Assembly (NCBI GenBank): GCA_018816485.1
Contig: JAHIVL010000061.1
Span: forward strand, 1 to 38,844
DNA from: Patescibacteria group bacterium
GTDB lineage: Bacteria; Patescibacteriota; Microgenomatia; UBA1400; PJMF01
Direction of reading: 5' to 3'
Length of the DNA stretch: 38,844 nt
Shown here: piece after piece, positions 1 to 9,710 of the stretch
Position numbering within the stretch: position 1 is the stretch's first letter
Layout of the letters: each line of letters begins with the position of its first letter
Position numbers and translations under genes: made by a program
The notes under the pieces: generated by a model
Databases searched by the model: none
Told to the model about the DNA's origin: nothing
What the model saw: the letters and a program-made list of their open reading frames with translations, nothing else

Positions 1-21
1 AATTAAGATTGAAGTTTATAT

Positions 22-558
22 ATGAATATTGTTGCAGGCTTGGGTAATCCAGGAGAAGTTTTTAATAATACCAGGCATAACGCAGGGCTTGAGATTGTTC
101 AAAGCCTGAGTGAAACCCTTGGTTGTCCAAAATTTTCTCTTAAAAAAAAGATGCAGTCGGAAGTTTGTAAACTTGATCAAAACGTGTTTGTTAAGCCTCA
201 GACATTTATGAATGGATCCGGATTCTCGGTTAAGGCAGTTTTGGATTATTATCTTAAAAAATCTCAAACAAATTATGAAAATCTTTATATAATCCACGAT
301 GATCTAGACATAGCCTTGGGAGATTTTAAAATTAAATTTGCTAGTGGTCCAGTTGGACACAATGGTCTAATGTCTATCTATCAGCATTTAGGAACAAAGA
401 ATTTTTGGCATGTTAGGATTGGAATTGATACAAGAGAAGGAGATAGAACTATGTCTTCTCCTGTTTATGTTTTACAAAAATTTAATGTAAATGAAACTCA
501 AAAATTTAATTCTGTAAAAATGAAAGTTATCAAAAGATTAATCAACCTAATCACATAA
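22..558 (+). CDS. pth: peptidyl-tRNA hydrolase
   Basis: 178-aa ORF. The N-terminus VAGLGNPGEVFNNTRHNAG matches the classic Pth signature (GLGNPG...Y..TRHN.G), and an internal GHNG motif is present. Confidence 0.9.
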   Translation: MNIVAGLGNPGEVFNNTRHNAGLEIVQSLSETLGCPKFSLKKKMQSEVCKLDQNVFVKPQTFMNGSGFSVKAVLDYYLKKSQTNYENLYIIHDDLDIALGDFKIKFASGPVGHNGLMSIYQHLGTKNFWHVRIGIDTREGDRTMSSPVYVLQKFNVNETQKFNSVKMKVIKRLINLIT

Positions 559-567
559 GGATAAATT

Positions 568-1797
568 ATGCCTAAAACTCGATCTCATCATCTTCATTTA
601 CCTCATATTACTTATGATGATAGTAAAAATATGAAGTTGCTTTATGCAATTAGAGTCACCAGGGATTTAGTAAATAAGATGGCAATGTTTTTTTTGCCTA
701 TTTTTTTATTTCAAGTTGGTTCTAAAACAAACTTTTTATCATTTCTACCATTCTCAGATTTTCAAAGAGGAATGTTAACTATATCTCTTTATTATGTTAC
801 CTATGGAACAGTTGGTTTAGCGATTGGAATATATACTGGAAAAATGTTGGGAAAAATTGGTTATCAAAGAAGCTTTGTATTGTCATTAATGTTAAGAACA
901 TTAATGTTTGCAACATTGTATTTATCAAAAGCTAATCCAATGTATCTATTAGTATCAGCGATTATAGATGGAGTTAACTCGCAGTTTTTTTGGGCTGGTT
1001 ATTATTCTCTTTTGAGTCAAACAGCTCGTAAAGGCAATATGGGCAAAGATCTTAGTCTGATACAATTTTTATTGCAGTTAGTTGCAGTAATTTCACCCGC
1101 CATTAGTGGTGTAATTGCATATCTAATTGGATTTGAGTACCTATTTTTAATTGGCATAGCAATAAATCTTTTATCAAGTGTTTTTGCCTTGATGATGGAT
1201 GCTAAAGTTCATAAAAATAATGTCAGTTTTGCTAACTTTAGGATTTGGATAAAGGATAAAGAATTTCTGCAGTTGGGAATTGCCAATTCAGGAAGAAATA
1301 TCAATGATTCTGTTATATATCTCTGGTCTTTATATATATTTTTCCTTTTAGGATCGGTAGATAGGGTTGGTTATTTATATACATTCTCATTATTTCTTGC
1401 GATGGTTTTTACATTTTTCATAGGAAAGTATATCGACCATCATAAAAACAAAAAACCATTTTATTTGTCTGGAGGATTTATTTCATTTTTATGGTTAGCA
1501 AGGACTCAAGTTTTTGATGTTTGGAGCATTGCTCTGGTTGATATATTTGATAGATTAGCAACAAATGTTTATTCACTATTTTTTGACTCAATGTTTATGA
1601 AGCGTGGAAAGGGACATTTATCTGACGAATACTTTGTTTATTTAGAAATGATTGCGAGCTTTAATAGAATCATTTTTTGGTCGCTATTTGGAGCATTCTT
1701 TCTTTTCTTTTCTTCTTGGAACTCAATTTTTGTGTTTGCTGGGGTTGCAGTATTAGTGGGACTACTAATTAGTGAAAAAAAACCAGATTATGTCTAA
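568..1797 (+). CDS. multi-pass membrane transporter, MFS-like
   Basis: 409-aa ORF with about 10-12 hydrophobic segments. The loop TGKMLGKIGYQRS resembles MFS motif A between TM2 and TM3. Confidence 0.5.
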   Translation: MPKTRSHHLHLPHITYDDSKNMKLLYAIRVTRDLVNKMAMFFLPIFLFQVGSKTNFLSFLPFSDFQRGMLTISLYYVTYGTVGLAIGIYTGKMLGKIGYQRSFVLSLMLRTLMFATLYLSKANPMYLLVSAIIDGVNSQFFWAGYYSLLSQTARKGNMGKDLSLIQFLLQLVAVISPAISGVIAYLIGFEYLFLIGIAINLLSSVFALMMDAKVHKNNVSFANFRIWIKDKEFLQLGIANSGRNINDSVIYLWSLYIFFLLGSVDRVGYLYTFSLFLAMVFTFFIGKYIDHHKNKKPFYLSGGFISFLWLARTQVFDVWSIALVDIFDRLATNVYSLFFDSMFMKRGKGHLSDEYFVYLEMIASFNRIIFWSLFGAFFLFFSSWNSIFVFAGVAVLVGLLISEKKPDYV

Positions 1798-2098
1798 GCA
1801 AAAGAAAAAAGGTTTTAGTGGAATTGGTTCTCTACTAGAAGAATATAATTTAGAGGACAAAGGTGGATATATTACTAAAGAATTTCAAGACTATGGTTAT
1901 AGGTTAGCGGTTTCTTTGAATGACATGAGTCACAAAAGCTTGTATATTAGAATGGCAAAAACTGTTGACAGGGGAATTTTGGAGAGGGCATTATCATTTG
2001 TTAAAGATGCAGATTTGGCAAAAAGCAAAGCAAGATTATTTATGTGGAAGGTTAAACAGCTTAAAGAAGAAAAGCTGAATAAAAAAGATGAAAACTAG
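1772..2098 (+). CDS. hypothetical small basic protein
   Basis: 108-aa ORF from a GTG start. A more likely start is the ATG at 1790, which overlaps the upstream stop (1795-1797), suggesting translational coupling. No recognisable motif. Confidence 0.55.
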   Translation: MKKNQIMSKQKKKGFSGIGSLLEEYNLEDKGGYITKEFQDYGYRLAVSLNDMSHKSLYIRMAKTVDRGILERALSFVKDADLAKSKARLFMWKVKQLKEEKLNKKDEN

Positions 2099-3275
2099 AC
2101 AACGTGTTTTTATCGGAATACTTTTTATTATTTTAATTCTAATTGGAATAAATTATTTTGCTCGACCTTTTGAAAAGTATTTTGATGTCAAAGAAATGAC
2201 AGTTCAAAAAACAATTGAACCTATAGAACCGGTGGTTTTGTCAAGCTTTGATATTGTTCAGAAATTGTCATCTAAAGAAAAAATTGCTCAAATGATAGCT
2301 ACTCCTTTAGTTATTGATGAGGAGATTACAAATGAGAGCAGTAAGTCGGCAACATTTTCGGCGGTTAATCTAGAAACAGGATTTTTCACTATTTTTGGGA
2401 ATAATATTTCGTTTGATAGCGCAAAGCTGAAAATTACCGAAGTTGAAAGATTATATAAAGATAATCTATTGTCTCCAAAATTTGCAGTTGATCATGAGGG
2501 TGGGAAAGTTCAAAGATTAAATGGCGATGGATTTACTGTCATTCCTTCATGGAGAAAACTTTGTGTTAACGAAGATATCGAGGAATTCAAAAAAATCCTA
2601 AAAACATCTGCTCAAGAGCTTAGAGACGTAGGTATAGATATAGTCTTAGCTCCAGTTTTAGATGTGGGGAATAGTCAGGTATTAAAAGACAGAATTTGTT
2701 CTGATTCATACCCGGTGGTGGCAGAAAGAAGTCTTGAGTACATCATAGTATTTGACAGCTATGGTATTTTGCCGGTGATAAAGCATTTTCCCGGGCTAGG
2801 ACAGGTAACCAAGGATTTGCACACCAATTTTGATTTTGTCAAAGTATTAGATAATGATGTTAAATTGTACACCTATATAATAGGTGAATCTCCTCATGTT
2901 GGAGTTATGATTTCTCACGCGGGAGTTCTTAATCAGAATCCTGAGATACCATGTTCACTAAGCACTGATTGTGTTGGTGAATTAAAAAATGCCTATCCAG
3001 AATTATTGATTTTTTCTGACGCTCTTGAAATGAAATCAGCAAGTTTTGACAAAGACAATTCTGATGAAGAGAAAGACTTGCTCAAGGTTTCAAGAGAGGC
3101 TGTAGTAGCTGGTAATGAAGTACTAATTTATGGTCCAACTGTGACAATGCAAGAGTTAGAAAATATTACTAATGATTTGAGCATTACCTATGATAATGAC
3201 GTAGTATTTAAAAAGTTAGTTGACGAAGCAGTGTTAAAAATTGTAAACTATAAATATACAGGGAGTCGAATTTGA
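2088..3275 (+). CDS. glycoside hydrolase family 3 N-terminal-domain protein (NagZ-like beta-N-acetylhexosaminidase), membrane anchored
   Basis: 395 aa with an N-terminal TM segment. DHEGGKVQRL and KHFPGLG motifs match the GH3/NagZ signatures (D-HEGG-V-R, KHFPGHG). Confidence 0.8.
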   Translation: MKTRQRVFIGILFIILILIGINYFARPFEKYFDVKEMTVQKTIEPIEPVVLSSFDIVQKLSSKEKIAQMIATPLVIDEEITNESSKSATFSAVNLETGFFTIFGNNISFDSAKLKITEVERLYKDNLLSPKFAVDHEGGKVQRLNGDGFTVIPSWRKLCVNEDIEEFKKILKTSAQELRDVGIDIVLAPVLDVGNSQVLKDRICSDSYPVVAERSLEYIIVFDSYGILPVIKHFPGLGQVTKDLHTNFDFVKVLDNDVKLYTYIIGESPHVGVMISHAGVLNQNPEIPCSLSTDCVGELKNAYPELLIFSDALEMKSASFDKDNSDEEKDLLKVSREAVVAGNEVLIYGPTVTMQELENITNDLSITYDNDVVFKKLVDEAVLKIVNYKYTGSRI

Positions 3276-3754
3276 AAATTAAACCCCAGACAATACTAAT
3301 TCCTATATTTTATTTAGGATTATTTTTTCTTTCAAATTTTTTAAAGGGTGATATCAATTATTATAATTTGATATTTTTTTCCGTGGGAACAGTTTTGGGA
3401 ACAATTTTAATGGATTTAGATGAGTCACTTTTATATAAATATTATCTTGAACAGGGCGCAACTCAAATTAAATTAATTACGCGCTCAATCTTATTTATGT
3501 TCTCACTCATACCTCTAGGGATATTTATTGTAACTTCTACTGGAAGTGAGATAGGAATCGGTTTATTTTTAGGAATAATTACGACTTTATTAATAGAATT
3601 AATTATTTATCGAAATAGTACCGATTTTTTCCACTCAAGATTTTTATCGCAACTCAAAAGAAGATTAAGTGCTCAAGAAATAAAATATTTTGTAGCTAGT
3701 TTTAGCATATTAACACTAATTTTTGTTTTACTTAGCTTTTTTATTGGGAGATAA
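3272..3754 (+). CDS. hypothetical integral membrane protein
   Basis: 160-aa ORF with 4-5 hydrophobic helices. It overlaps the upstream stop by 4 nt and starts at TTG. Confidence 0.55.
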   Translation: MKIKPQTILIPIFYLGLFFLSNFLKGDINYYNLIFFSVGTVLGTILMDLDESLLYKYYLEQGATQIKLITRSILFMFSLIPLGIFIVTSTGSEIGIGLFLGIITTLLIELIIYRNSTDFFHSRFLSQLKRRLSAQEIKYFVASFSILTLIFVLLSFFIGR

Positions 3755-3763
3755 AAATACTAT

Positions 3764-5050
3764 ATGAATTCACCATTCCATTTGTATGGATTTATTGTTG
3801 GAATTGTCATAGTTACAGCAATTACTTTAATAGAAAAACAGTATAAAAAATTAGGATTTTCTGAGAATAATTTTTGGAAAATTATTATTTTTAGTTTGAT
3901 ATTTGGTGTGATCGGCGCTCGTTTATGGCATGTGGCAACAGATTTTTATTTATATGAAAATAATTTGCGTGAAGTTTTTTATATTTGGAATGGAGGCCTG
4001 AGTATTTTTGGAGGAATTTTAGGAGGCGTTGTTGGAGTTTACTTTTCACTCAAATTGTTTCAAAATTGCAGGTTATTAAAATCAAAAGGCACAAACAAGA
4101 AAATTCAATTTTTGGAGTTTTTGGATATCGCAATTTTTGGTTTACCAATTGGACAAGTAATTGGACGACTTGGAAATTATGTAAACCAGGAACTCTATGG
4201 AAAACCAGTTAGTGATTTCGGCAGTAACTCCATTTTTTCAATATTCAAAATTTTTATTTCTCCTGAAAATAGGTTGTTAGGATATGAAAATATAGAGTAT
4301 TACCACCCAATATTTTTTTATGAGATGGTGGCAATGGTTTTTTTTGTTGGTGCAATTTATTACTTTAATTTGAAGAAAAAATTGCCCAAAATAGGAACTG
4401 GGAAACTATTTCTAATTTATGTTTTATACTATTCTATAGTTAGATTTTTGCTTGATTTTATTAGGTTGGATAAAACTATGATTGGTTGGTTGAATATTGG
4501 GGTTAATCAGGTGATATTATTAATTTTTGTTATGATTTCGGTTCATTTATTATTTAAAAAAAGAAAACTAGTATTAACTTCAATATATGTTTTTATCGCT
4601 ACATTAATTTTAATTATGTTCAATTTTAATAAGACTGATAAGCAATCTCAAAAATTATTTAAGGATACTGTTGACAGAGAGCTTGTTTCTATTATGGTTG
4701 GAGATGAGACAAAACTTAAAGTTGAAATTGTTAATTCTGTGGAAAGTACTCAGCAAGGATTAAGCGGTCGAGATGAAATTGGTAACGACGGAATGCTTTT
4801 TATTTTCCCCGAAAGTTCTATGAGGACTTTTTGGATGTTTGATATGAAATTTGATTTAGATTTTGTTTGGATTAATGGTGATGAAGTTGTGGGCTTGTCA
4901 AAGAACATAAAAAAGCCGGCTCCAGGTACAATTAATAAAGATATTGAAAGAGTTTCAATTAAAAAAGATTCCAACAAGGTCTTGGAGCTTAATGCTGGCA
5001 ATATCGACAAATATAATATAGAAGTAGGTGATGTGGTTATCCTCAAATAA
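3764..5050 (+). CDS. lgt: prolipoprotein diacylglyceryl transferase fused to a C-terminal DUF192 domain
   Basis: 428 aa. Lgt motifs are present: GGLSIFGG, GRLGNYVNQELYG and YHPIFFYE. The C-terminal ~120 aa (GLSGRDEIGNDGMLFIFPESSMRTFWMFDMKFDLDFVWIN) match the DUF192 pattern. Confidence 0.85.
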   Translation: MNSPFHLYGFIVGIVIVTAITLIEKQYKKLGFSENNFWKIIIFSLIFGVIGARLWHVATDFYLYENNLREVFYIWNGGLSIFGGILGGVVGVYFSLKLFQNCRLLKSKGTNKKIQFLEFLDIAIFGLPIGQVIGRLGNYVNQELYGKPVSDFGSNSIFSIFKIFISPENRLLGYENIEYYHPIFFYEMVAMVFFVGAIYYFNLKKKLPKIGTGKLFLIYVLYYSIVRFLLDFIRLDKTMIGWLNIGVNQVILLIFVMISVHLLFKKRKLVLTSIYVFIATLILIMFNFNKTDKQSQKLFKDTVDRELVSIMVGDETKLKVEIVNSVESTQQGLSGRDEIGNDGMLFIFPESSMRTFWMFDMKFDLDFVWINGDEVVGLSKNIKKPAPGTINKDIERVSIKKDSNKVLELNAGNIDKYNIEVGDVVILK

Positions 5051-5075
5051 ATGATATTATTATGACTAAGATAAT

Positions 5076-5645
5076 ATGACAGATACTGCCCAAGCTCAAC
5101 CAGTTTTGCAAGATTCAGCGGGAACTACACAAATAGCAAATGTTTCCGATGATCAAAACCAAGTTAAAGGTGATTTAAATTCATTTGGTGAAATTTTAGA
5201 TGAAATGGGGGTAGTTGCTCCTCAGGCAGTTCCAATAGCAATTGAACAATCGACAGAAACTTTAAATCCAGTAAACCCAACAAGAATTGCTAAAGAGAAA
5301 TTGATATCTTCAGCTACACTTGATTCTGCTCCAATTGACGACGGTGGTGGAGTGGCGCTGGTGGAACATGAGAAAATGCCTGAAATTCCTGTTGAAGTCG
5401 AAAGTTTTCTTCATAGAGTTGAAGATCATCAGGATCAAGCTCCTCGAGAGATTGTTGTTGCAGATGGTACTGTGGAAACATCAAAAGCTAATTATCCCTC
5501 AACTCCAGTAGTTGTCTTACCAATAACTCAAGAAGAAGAAAAACAAGGTCAAAAGAAAAGTTTCAAGTTCAGTTTCAGGTGGTTGATAGAGTGGAGTCAT
5601 AAAGTTATTAAATTATTTGCTGGCAAAGCAATTTACAAGGAATAG
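5076..5645 (+). CDS. hypothetical acidic protein with a C-terminal amphipathic/hydrophobic tail
   Basis: 189-aa ORF lying 5 nt upstream of the ATPase gene. The composition is plausible for a protein. No recognisable motif. Confidence 0.55.
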   Translation: MTDTAQAQPVLQDSAGTTQIANVSDDQNQVKGDLNSFGEILDEMGVVAPQAVPIAIEQSTETLNPVNPTRIAKEKLISSATLDSAPIDDGGGVALVEHEKMPEIPVEVESFLHRVEDHQDQAPREIVVADGTVETSKANYPSTPVVVLPITQEEEKQGQKKSFKFSFRWLIEWSHKVIKLFAGKAIYKE

Positions 5646-5650
5646 ACTAA

Positions 5651-7984
5651 ATGTACGATGGTGATTTTGTAGCACAACTAGTTTCGATAATAATGACTAT
5701 TATATTTTCTATTCTTTTTATAGCAATATTTGCTGTGTTTATTTATATGTTATTTCAGTGGTTTAAGCATCGAAACAGAGAGAAAATAGCTCTCGAATTT
5801 GTGACCTTGCTTGTAAGAGTGCCCAAAGATAATGAAACAAAAATTGATGCTGCTGAACAACTTTTTGCATCATTTTATACGCTTAAAAAAAATGGCTTTT
5901 TTTCTTGGGCAAAAGCTGAAGATTTATTCTCATTTGAACTAGTTGCTCTTCAAGAAGAAATATCTTTTTATATGAATTGCCCAAAAAGAATTCGAGACTT
6001 GGTAGAAAAGCAAATTCATGGGGCCTATCCTAATGCGGATATAAAAGAGACAGACGAAGTAAACATTTTTAACAAAAAAGGGAAAGTAGCATTTACATCT
6101 ATTAAGCTTGATAAATCAACATTTTTGCCAATAAAAATGTATAAAGATTTGCCAACTGATGGTTTGTCTTTACTAACATCAGCTCTTTCAAAAATGGGCG
6201 CAGGAGAAGGTGCAATTATACAAATTCTTCTTCAGCCAGAATCAAAGAATTGGCAAAAAAAAGGCAGATCTTATATTTCAGCCCAAAAAAAAAGAGAGGC
6301 AGATCCAAAAAATGCCACATATAGCAATGATCCAAAAGAGATGGAGATGATTTCTCAAAAAATTGAAAAACCTGGTTTCAAGGTTTCAGTTAGAATTGTT
6401 GTCTCTGCTCAAAATGAATACACGGCAGATTCTCATCTTAATAATATTGTTGGGGCATTTGCTCAGTATTCCTCTGCTTACAACTCATTTAAAAAACCTA
6501 GAATTATTTTGCTTAAGCAACTTTTTATGATTGATTTTATTTATCGATATATGCCTATTCTGAGATATGGCACTTTTATTTTAAATTCCGAAGAACTTGC
6601 AACAATTTTTCATTTACCAAATAAAACTGTAGAGACTCATCATATTAGATATCTGAATGCAAAAAATGCTCCAGCTCCGCACAATATTCCCAAGACTGGT
6701 TTGTATTTGGGCAAATCTAACTATAGAGGCGAATCGAGAGAAGTTTTCATTGGTGACGATGATAGAAGAAGACATATGTACATCATTGGAAAAACTGGTA
6801 CAGGTAAATCTGAATTTTTAAAAGAAATGATTTTGCAAGATATTGAAAGTGGCAAAGGTGTTTGTGCGATTGATCCGCATGGAGAATTTATTGAAGATAT
6901 TTTAGAGTTGATGCCTCCAGAAAGAGCTGACGACGTTATTTATTTTAATCCTTCTGATTTGAGTAGACCTATGGGTTTGAATATGATGGAAGCTGACAGT
7001 GAAGAACAGAGGCATTTTGTTGTTGGTTCAATCATTGGATTAATGTACAAACTTTATGATCCTCATAGAACTGGAATTATTGGGCCAAGATTTGAGCATG
7101 CTATTAGAAATGCCATGCTTACTATTATGTATAAAAAAGGCAGTACTTTTATAGAGTTGGTGCGTATTTTGACGGACGTTAAATATGTTGACGAGATGCT
7201 ACCTTTGGTTCAAGACCCGGTGGTGAAACGTTACTGGACTGATCAGATTGCCCAAACTTCCGACTTTCATAAATCTGAGGTTTTGGATTATATTGTTTCT
7301 AAATTTGGTCGTTTTGTGACAAACAAAACCATGAGAAATATTATTGGTCAGCCAGAAAGTTCGTTTAATGTTAGACAAGCAATGGATGAGCAAAAAATTA
7401 TTTTGTGCAACCTTTCAAAAGGTGTTTTAGGTGAGGAAGATGCAAAATTTTTAGGCTTGATTCTTGTGCCAAAAGTTTTAACTGCAGCTATGAGTCGTCA
7501 AGATATACCTATGGATCAAAGAAAAGATTTTTTCTTGTATGTCGATGAGTTTCAAAATTATGCGACAGAAGATTTTGCGGTTATTTTGTCTGAGGCTCGT
7601 AAGTATCGACTGAATTTAATTGTTGCTAATCAGTTTGTCAGTCAGATTGACGAAGAAGTTAAGAATGCTGTTTTTGGTAACGTTGGTACAATGGTTTCTT
7701 TTCGAGTTGGTGTGCCTGATGCAAACTTTTTACAACATGAGTATGCACCTGTTTTTAATGAGGTAGACCTAATAAATATTGAAAAATATCACGTTTATGT
7801 CAAAACTATTGTTCAAAATGAGCCAGTACCTCCATTCAGTATGTCATTAGCCAAAGATATGGATGATATTAAGGCTAGAATGAATCCAAAACAGGCAGAA
7901 ATGATCAAGGAGCTTTCGAGATTGAAGTACGGGAAAGATGTCCATGTAGTTGAGGCAGAAATTCAGAGTAGAAGTAATTTATAA
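5651..7984 (+). CDS. membrane-anchored TraD/VirD4/HerA-FtsK-superfamily P-loop ATPase (type IV coupling-protein-like)
   Basis: 777 aa with an N-terminal TM helix. Walker A is IIGKTGTGKS and Walker B is FFLYVDEFQNYA. The ARKYRLNLIVANQ block is typical of TraD/VirD4/TraG-like coupling ATPases. Confidence 0.75.
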   Translation: MYDGDFVAQLVSIIMTIIFSILFIAIFAVFIYMLFQWFKHRNREKIALEFVTLLVRVPKDNETKIDAAEQLFASFYTLKKNGFFSWAKAEDLFSFELVALQEEISFYMNCPKRIRDLVEKQIHGAYPNADIKETDEVNIFNKKGKVAFTSIKLDKSTFLPIKMYKDLPTDGLSLLTSALSKMGAGEGAIIQILLQPESKNWQKKGRSYISAQKKREADPKNATYSNDPKEMEMISQKIEKPGFKVSVRIVVSAQNEYTADSHLNNIVGAFAQYSSAYNSFKKPRIILLKQLFMIDFIYRYMPILRYGTFILNSEELATIFHLPNKTVETHHIRYLNAKNAPAPHNIPKTGLYLGKSNYRGESREVFIGDDDRRRHMYIIGKTGTGKSEFLKEMILQDIESGKGVCAIDPHGEFIEDILELMPPERADDVIYFNPSDLSRPMGLNMMEADSEEQRHFVVGSIIGLMYKLYDPHRTGIIGPRFEHAIRNAMLTIMYKKGSTFIELVRILTDVKYVDEMLPLVQDPVVKRYWTDQIAQTSDFHKSEVLDYIVSKFGRFVTNKTMRNIIGQPESSFNVRQAMDEQKIILCNLSKGVLGEEDAKFLGLILVPKVLTAAMSRQDIPMDQRKDFFLYVDEFQNYATEDFAVILSEARKYRLNLIVANQFVSQIDEEVKNAVFGNVGTMVSFRVGVPDANFLQHEYAPVFNEVDLINIEKYHVYVKTIVQNEPVPPFSMSLAKDMDDIKARMNPKQAEMIKELSRLKYGKDVHVVEAEIQSRSNL

Positions 7985-8389
7985 AATATTGAATCTCTCA
8001 TAATCTTCTACAACCGATTTGCAGTATATATACTGTCCGTATTCTAAGGCTTTTTCGTGAATAGGAGTTGAGTCTTGTGTTGCTTCAATAGGTGACTCAA
8101 GAATTTTTGAGGTTCCTAGTATATTGCTAGCATGTTCTTTTATCTCTTGAGTTCTAGTAGATAATTGTGACATTTCTTCTTCAGCATTTTGAATTGCACT
8201 ATCCAGATTTACATTAATTTTTTCTTTATTAATGTTTTGAGCTTGTTGAGCAATATTTTTTAAAGGAGTTTTGTCTAAAATTTGTAGTGATGAATTAAAC
8301 AGTTTTTGAGTATCTCCAAAATAGTAGAATGTTGTGCCGGCAACAATAATCATAAATAAAATGAAGAGTTTAGTTCTAAAGAAGTTCAT
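7979..8389 (-). CDS. hypothetical N-terminally anchored protein
   Basis: 136-aa ORF with one N-terminal TM (LFILFMIIVAGTTFYYF) followed by a coiled-coil-like region. It is convergent with the ATPase gene and overlaps it by 6 nt. Confidence 0.5.
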   Translation of the reverse strand: MNFFRTKLFILFMIIVAGTTFYYFGDTQKLFNSSLQILDKTPLKNIAQQAQNINKEKINVNLDSAIQNAEEEMSQLSTRTQEIKEHASNILGTSKILESPIEATQDSTPIHEKALEYGQYIYCKSVVEDYERFNIL

Positions 8390-8413
8390 AAAAATAGTAT
8401 ACAGTTTTTTACT

Positions 8414-8484
8414 CTTTAATATTTATATAAAATACTCTCGTCGAAACAAGTTCGAAATGTTCGTATTCCATATAAATATTAAAG
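8414..8484. other. 15-bp perfect inverted repeat (ctttaatatttatat / atataaatattaaag) with a 41-nt spacer that contains a second small hairpin
   Basis: Read directly from the sequence. It sits in the intergenic gap just downstream of the ABC permease stop (minus strand). It could be a terminator or an operator. Confidence 0.35.
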
Positions 8485-8501
8485 AATCAAACTGACCAGT
8501 C

Positions 8502-9710
8502 TTACTCATACCTAAGTGCTTCAATTGGAGAGAGCTTAGACGCTCTTTTAGCTGGTGCCGCTCCAAAGACCAAGCCAACCACGGTAGAAACGCCAAAGGC
8601 TAAAATGACTGCCTGAAGTGTTATTTTCGCTGGGAAATAGATCTGAATAGCCAGTGTTCCGAGGTAAGCTATTAGTAAACCAATTAATCCGCCTAAGACT
8701 GAAAGTACTGCGGCCTCGATTAAGAACTGCATTAAAATTATATTTGGAGTGGCTCCTAAAGCTTTTCTAAGACCAATTTCTCTAGTCCTTTCACTAACGG
8801 AGACTAGCATAATGTTCATGATTCCAATTCCGCCGACAAGTAAAGAAATACTTGAAATTCCTCCAAGCGCAATTGTTAGAACTCCAAGAATACTATTAAT
8901 AGTGTCCAGAATTTCGGATTGATCAAAAACGGAGTATTCGTCTTCATCATATTTTTTTGCCATTTGTTTCTCGATTGCAGAAATGCTTTCTGGAATATTA
9001 TCAGCACTTTTGGTTTTAACAACTATTTCAACAATTTTCTTAGAATCATATTGCTTAAACATGGTTTCTAGAGGAATAAAGATGTATGTATCTAAGCTTG
9101 GACCTCCAAATGAACCACCGGCTTCTTCTTGGACGCCAATCACAGTATAAGTTTGATTGCCAATTTTTACTTTTTTACCAATCGGATCAATGCTTCCGAA
9201 TAATTCTTCTGCAACTTTAAAACCTATGCTTACCACTTTCTTTTTAGAATCATTTTCATTTTTATTAAAAAATCTTCCTTTTGCAATTTTTGTACTTGGC
9301 TGAGCAATAGGGTATTCATGAGTTGAGCCAATCACTGTGACTGATTTATCATTGTTTCTGTAAGAAATATTATCTGTTTGGGTTGTAAATGGAACAACAA
9401 TATCAACAAATTCTCTGATTTTTTGAATTTCTTTTACATCACTCATATCGAGCTTACTATTAGCGAGTGCATTTAATTGGTTCTCTCTGCTAAAGCCCCC
9501 ACCTTCTCCAAAAGGATCACCAGGAAACACTAGAACGGTATTTGCCCCAAGCTCATCAAATTGGTCGGAAATGTAAGCCTGAAGGCCTGTCCCGATTGCT
9601 GTTAGCATTACTACTGAGCCCACTCCAATAATTACACCAAGCATAGTTAAAAATGACCTATATTTGTTGACTAGTATTGCTTTTAGCGCAATTTTGAACG
9701 TATTTAGCAT
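8502..9710 (-). CDS. ABC transporter permease, MacB/FtsX family
   Basis: 402 aa. The architecture is an N-terminal TM, a large extracytoplasmic domain and a C-terminal FtsX-type 3-TM bundle (ERTREIGLRKALGA motif). The start overlaps the ATPase gene stop. Confidence 0.85.
   Translation of the reverse strand: MLNTFKIALKAILVNKYRSFLTMLGVIIGVGSVVMLTAIGTGLQAYISDQFDELGANTVLVFPGDPFGEGGGFSRENQLNALANSKLDMSDVKEIQKIREFVDIVVPFTTQTDNISYRNNDKSVTVIGSTHEYPIAQPSTKIAKGRFFNKNENDSKKKVVSIGFKVAEELFGSIDPIGKKVKIGNQTYTVIGVQEEAGGSFGGPSLDTYIFIPLETMFKQYDSKKIVEIVVKTKSADNIPESISAIEKQMAKKYDEDEYSVFDQSEILDTINSILGVLTIALGGISSISLLVGGIGIMNIMLVSVSERTREIGLRKALGATPNIILMQFLIEAAVLSVLGGLIGLLIAYLGTLAIQIYFPAKITLQAVILAFGVSTVVGLVFGAAPAKRASKLSPIEALRYE

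Noticed and set aside
5651-7984. TraD/VirD4-like ATPase taken as evidence for an integrated conjugative element.
   Set aside because: No relaxase, VirB4/VirB6-type genes, integrase or flanking repeats are present. The gene sits in a tight housekeeping operon.
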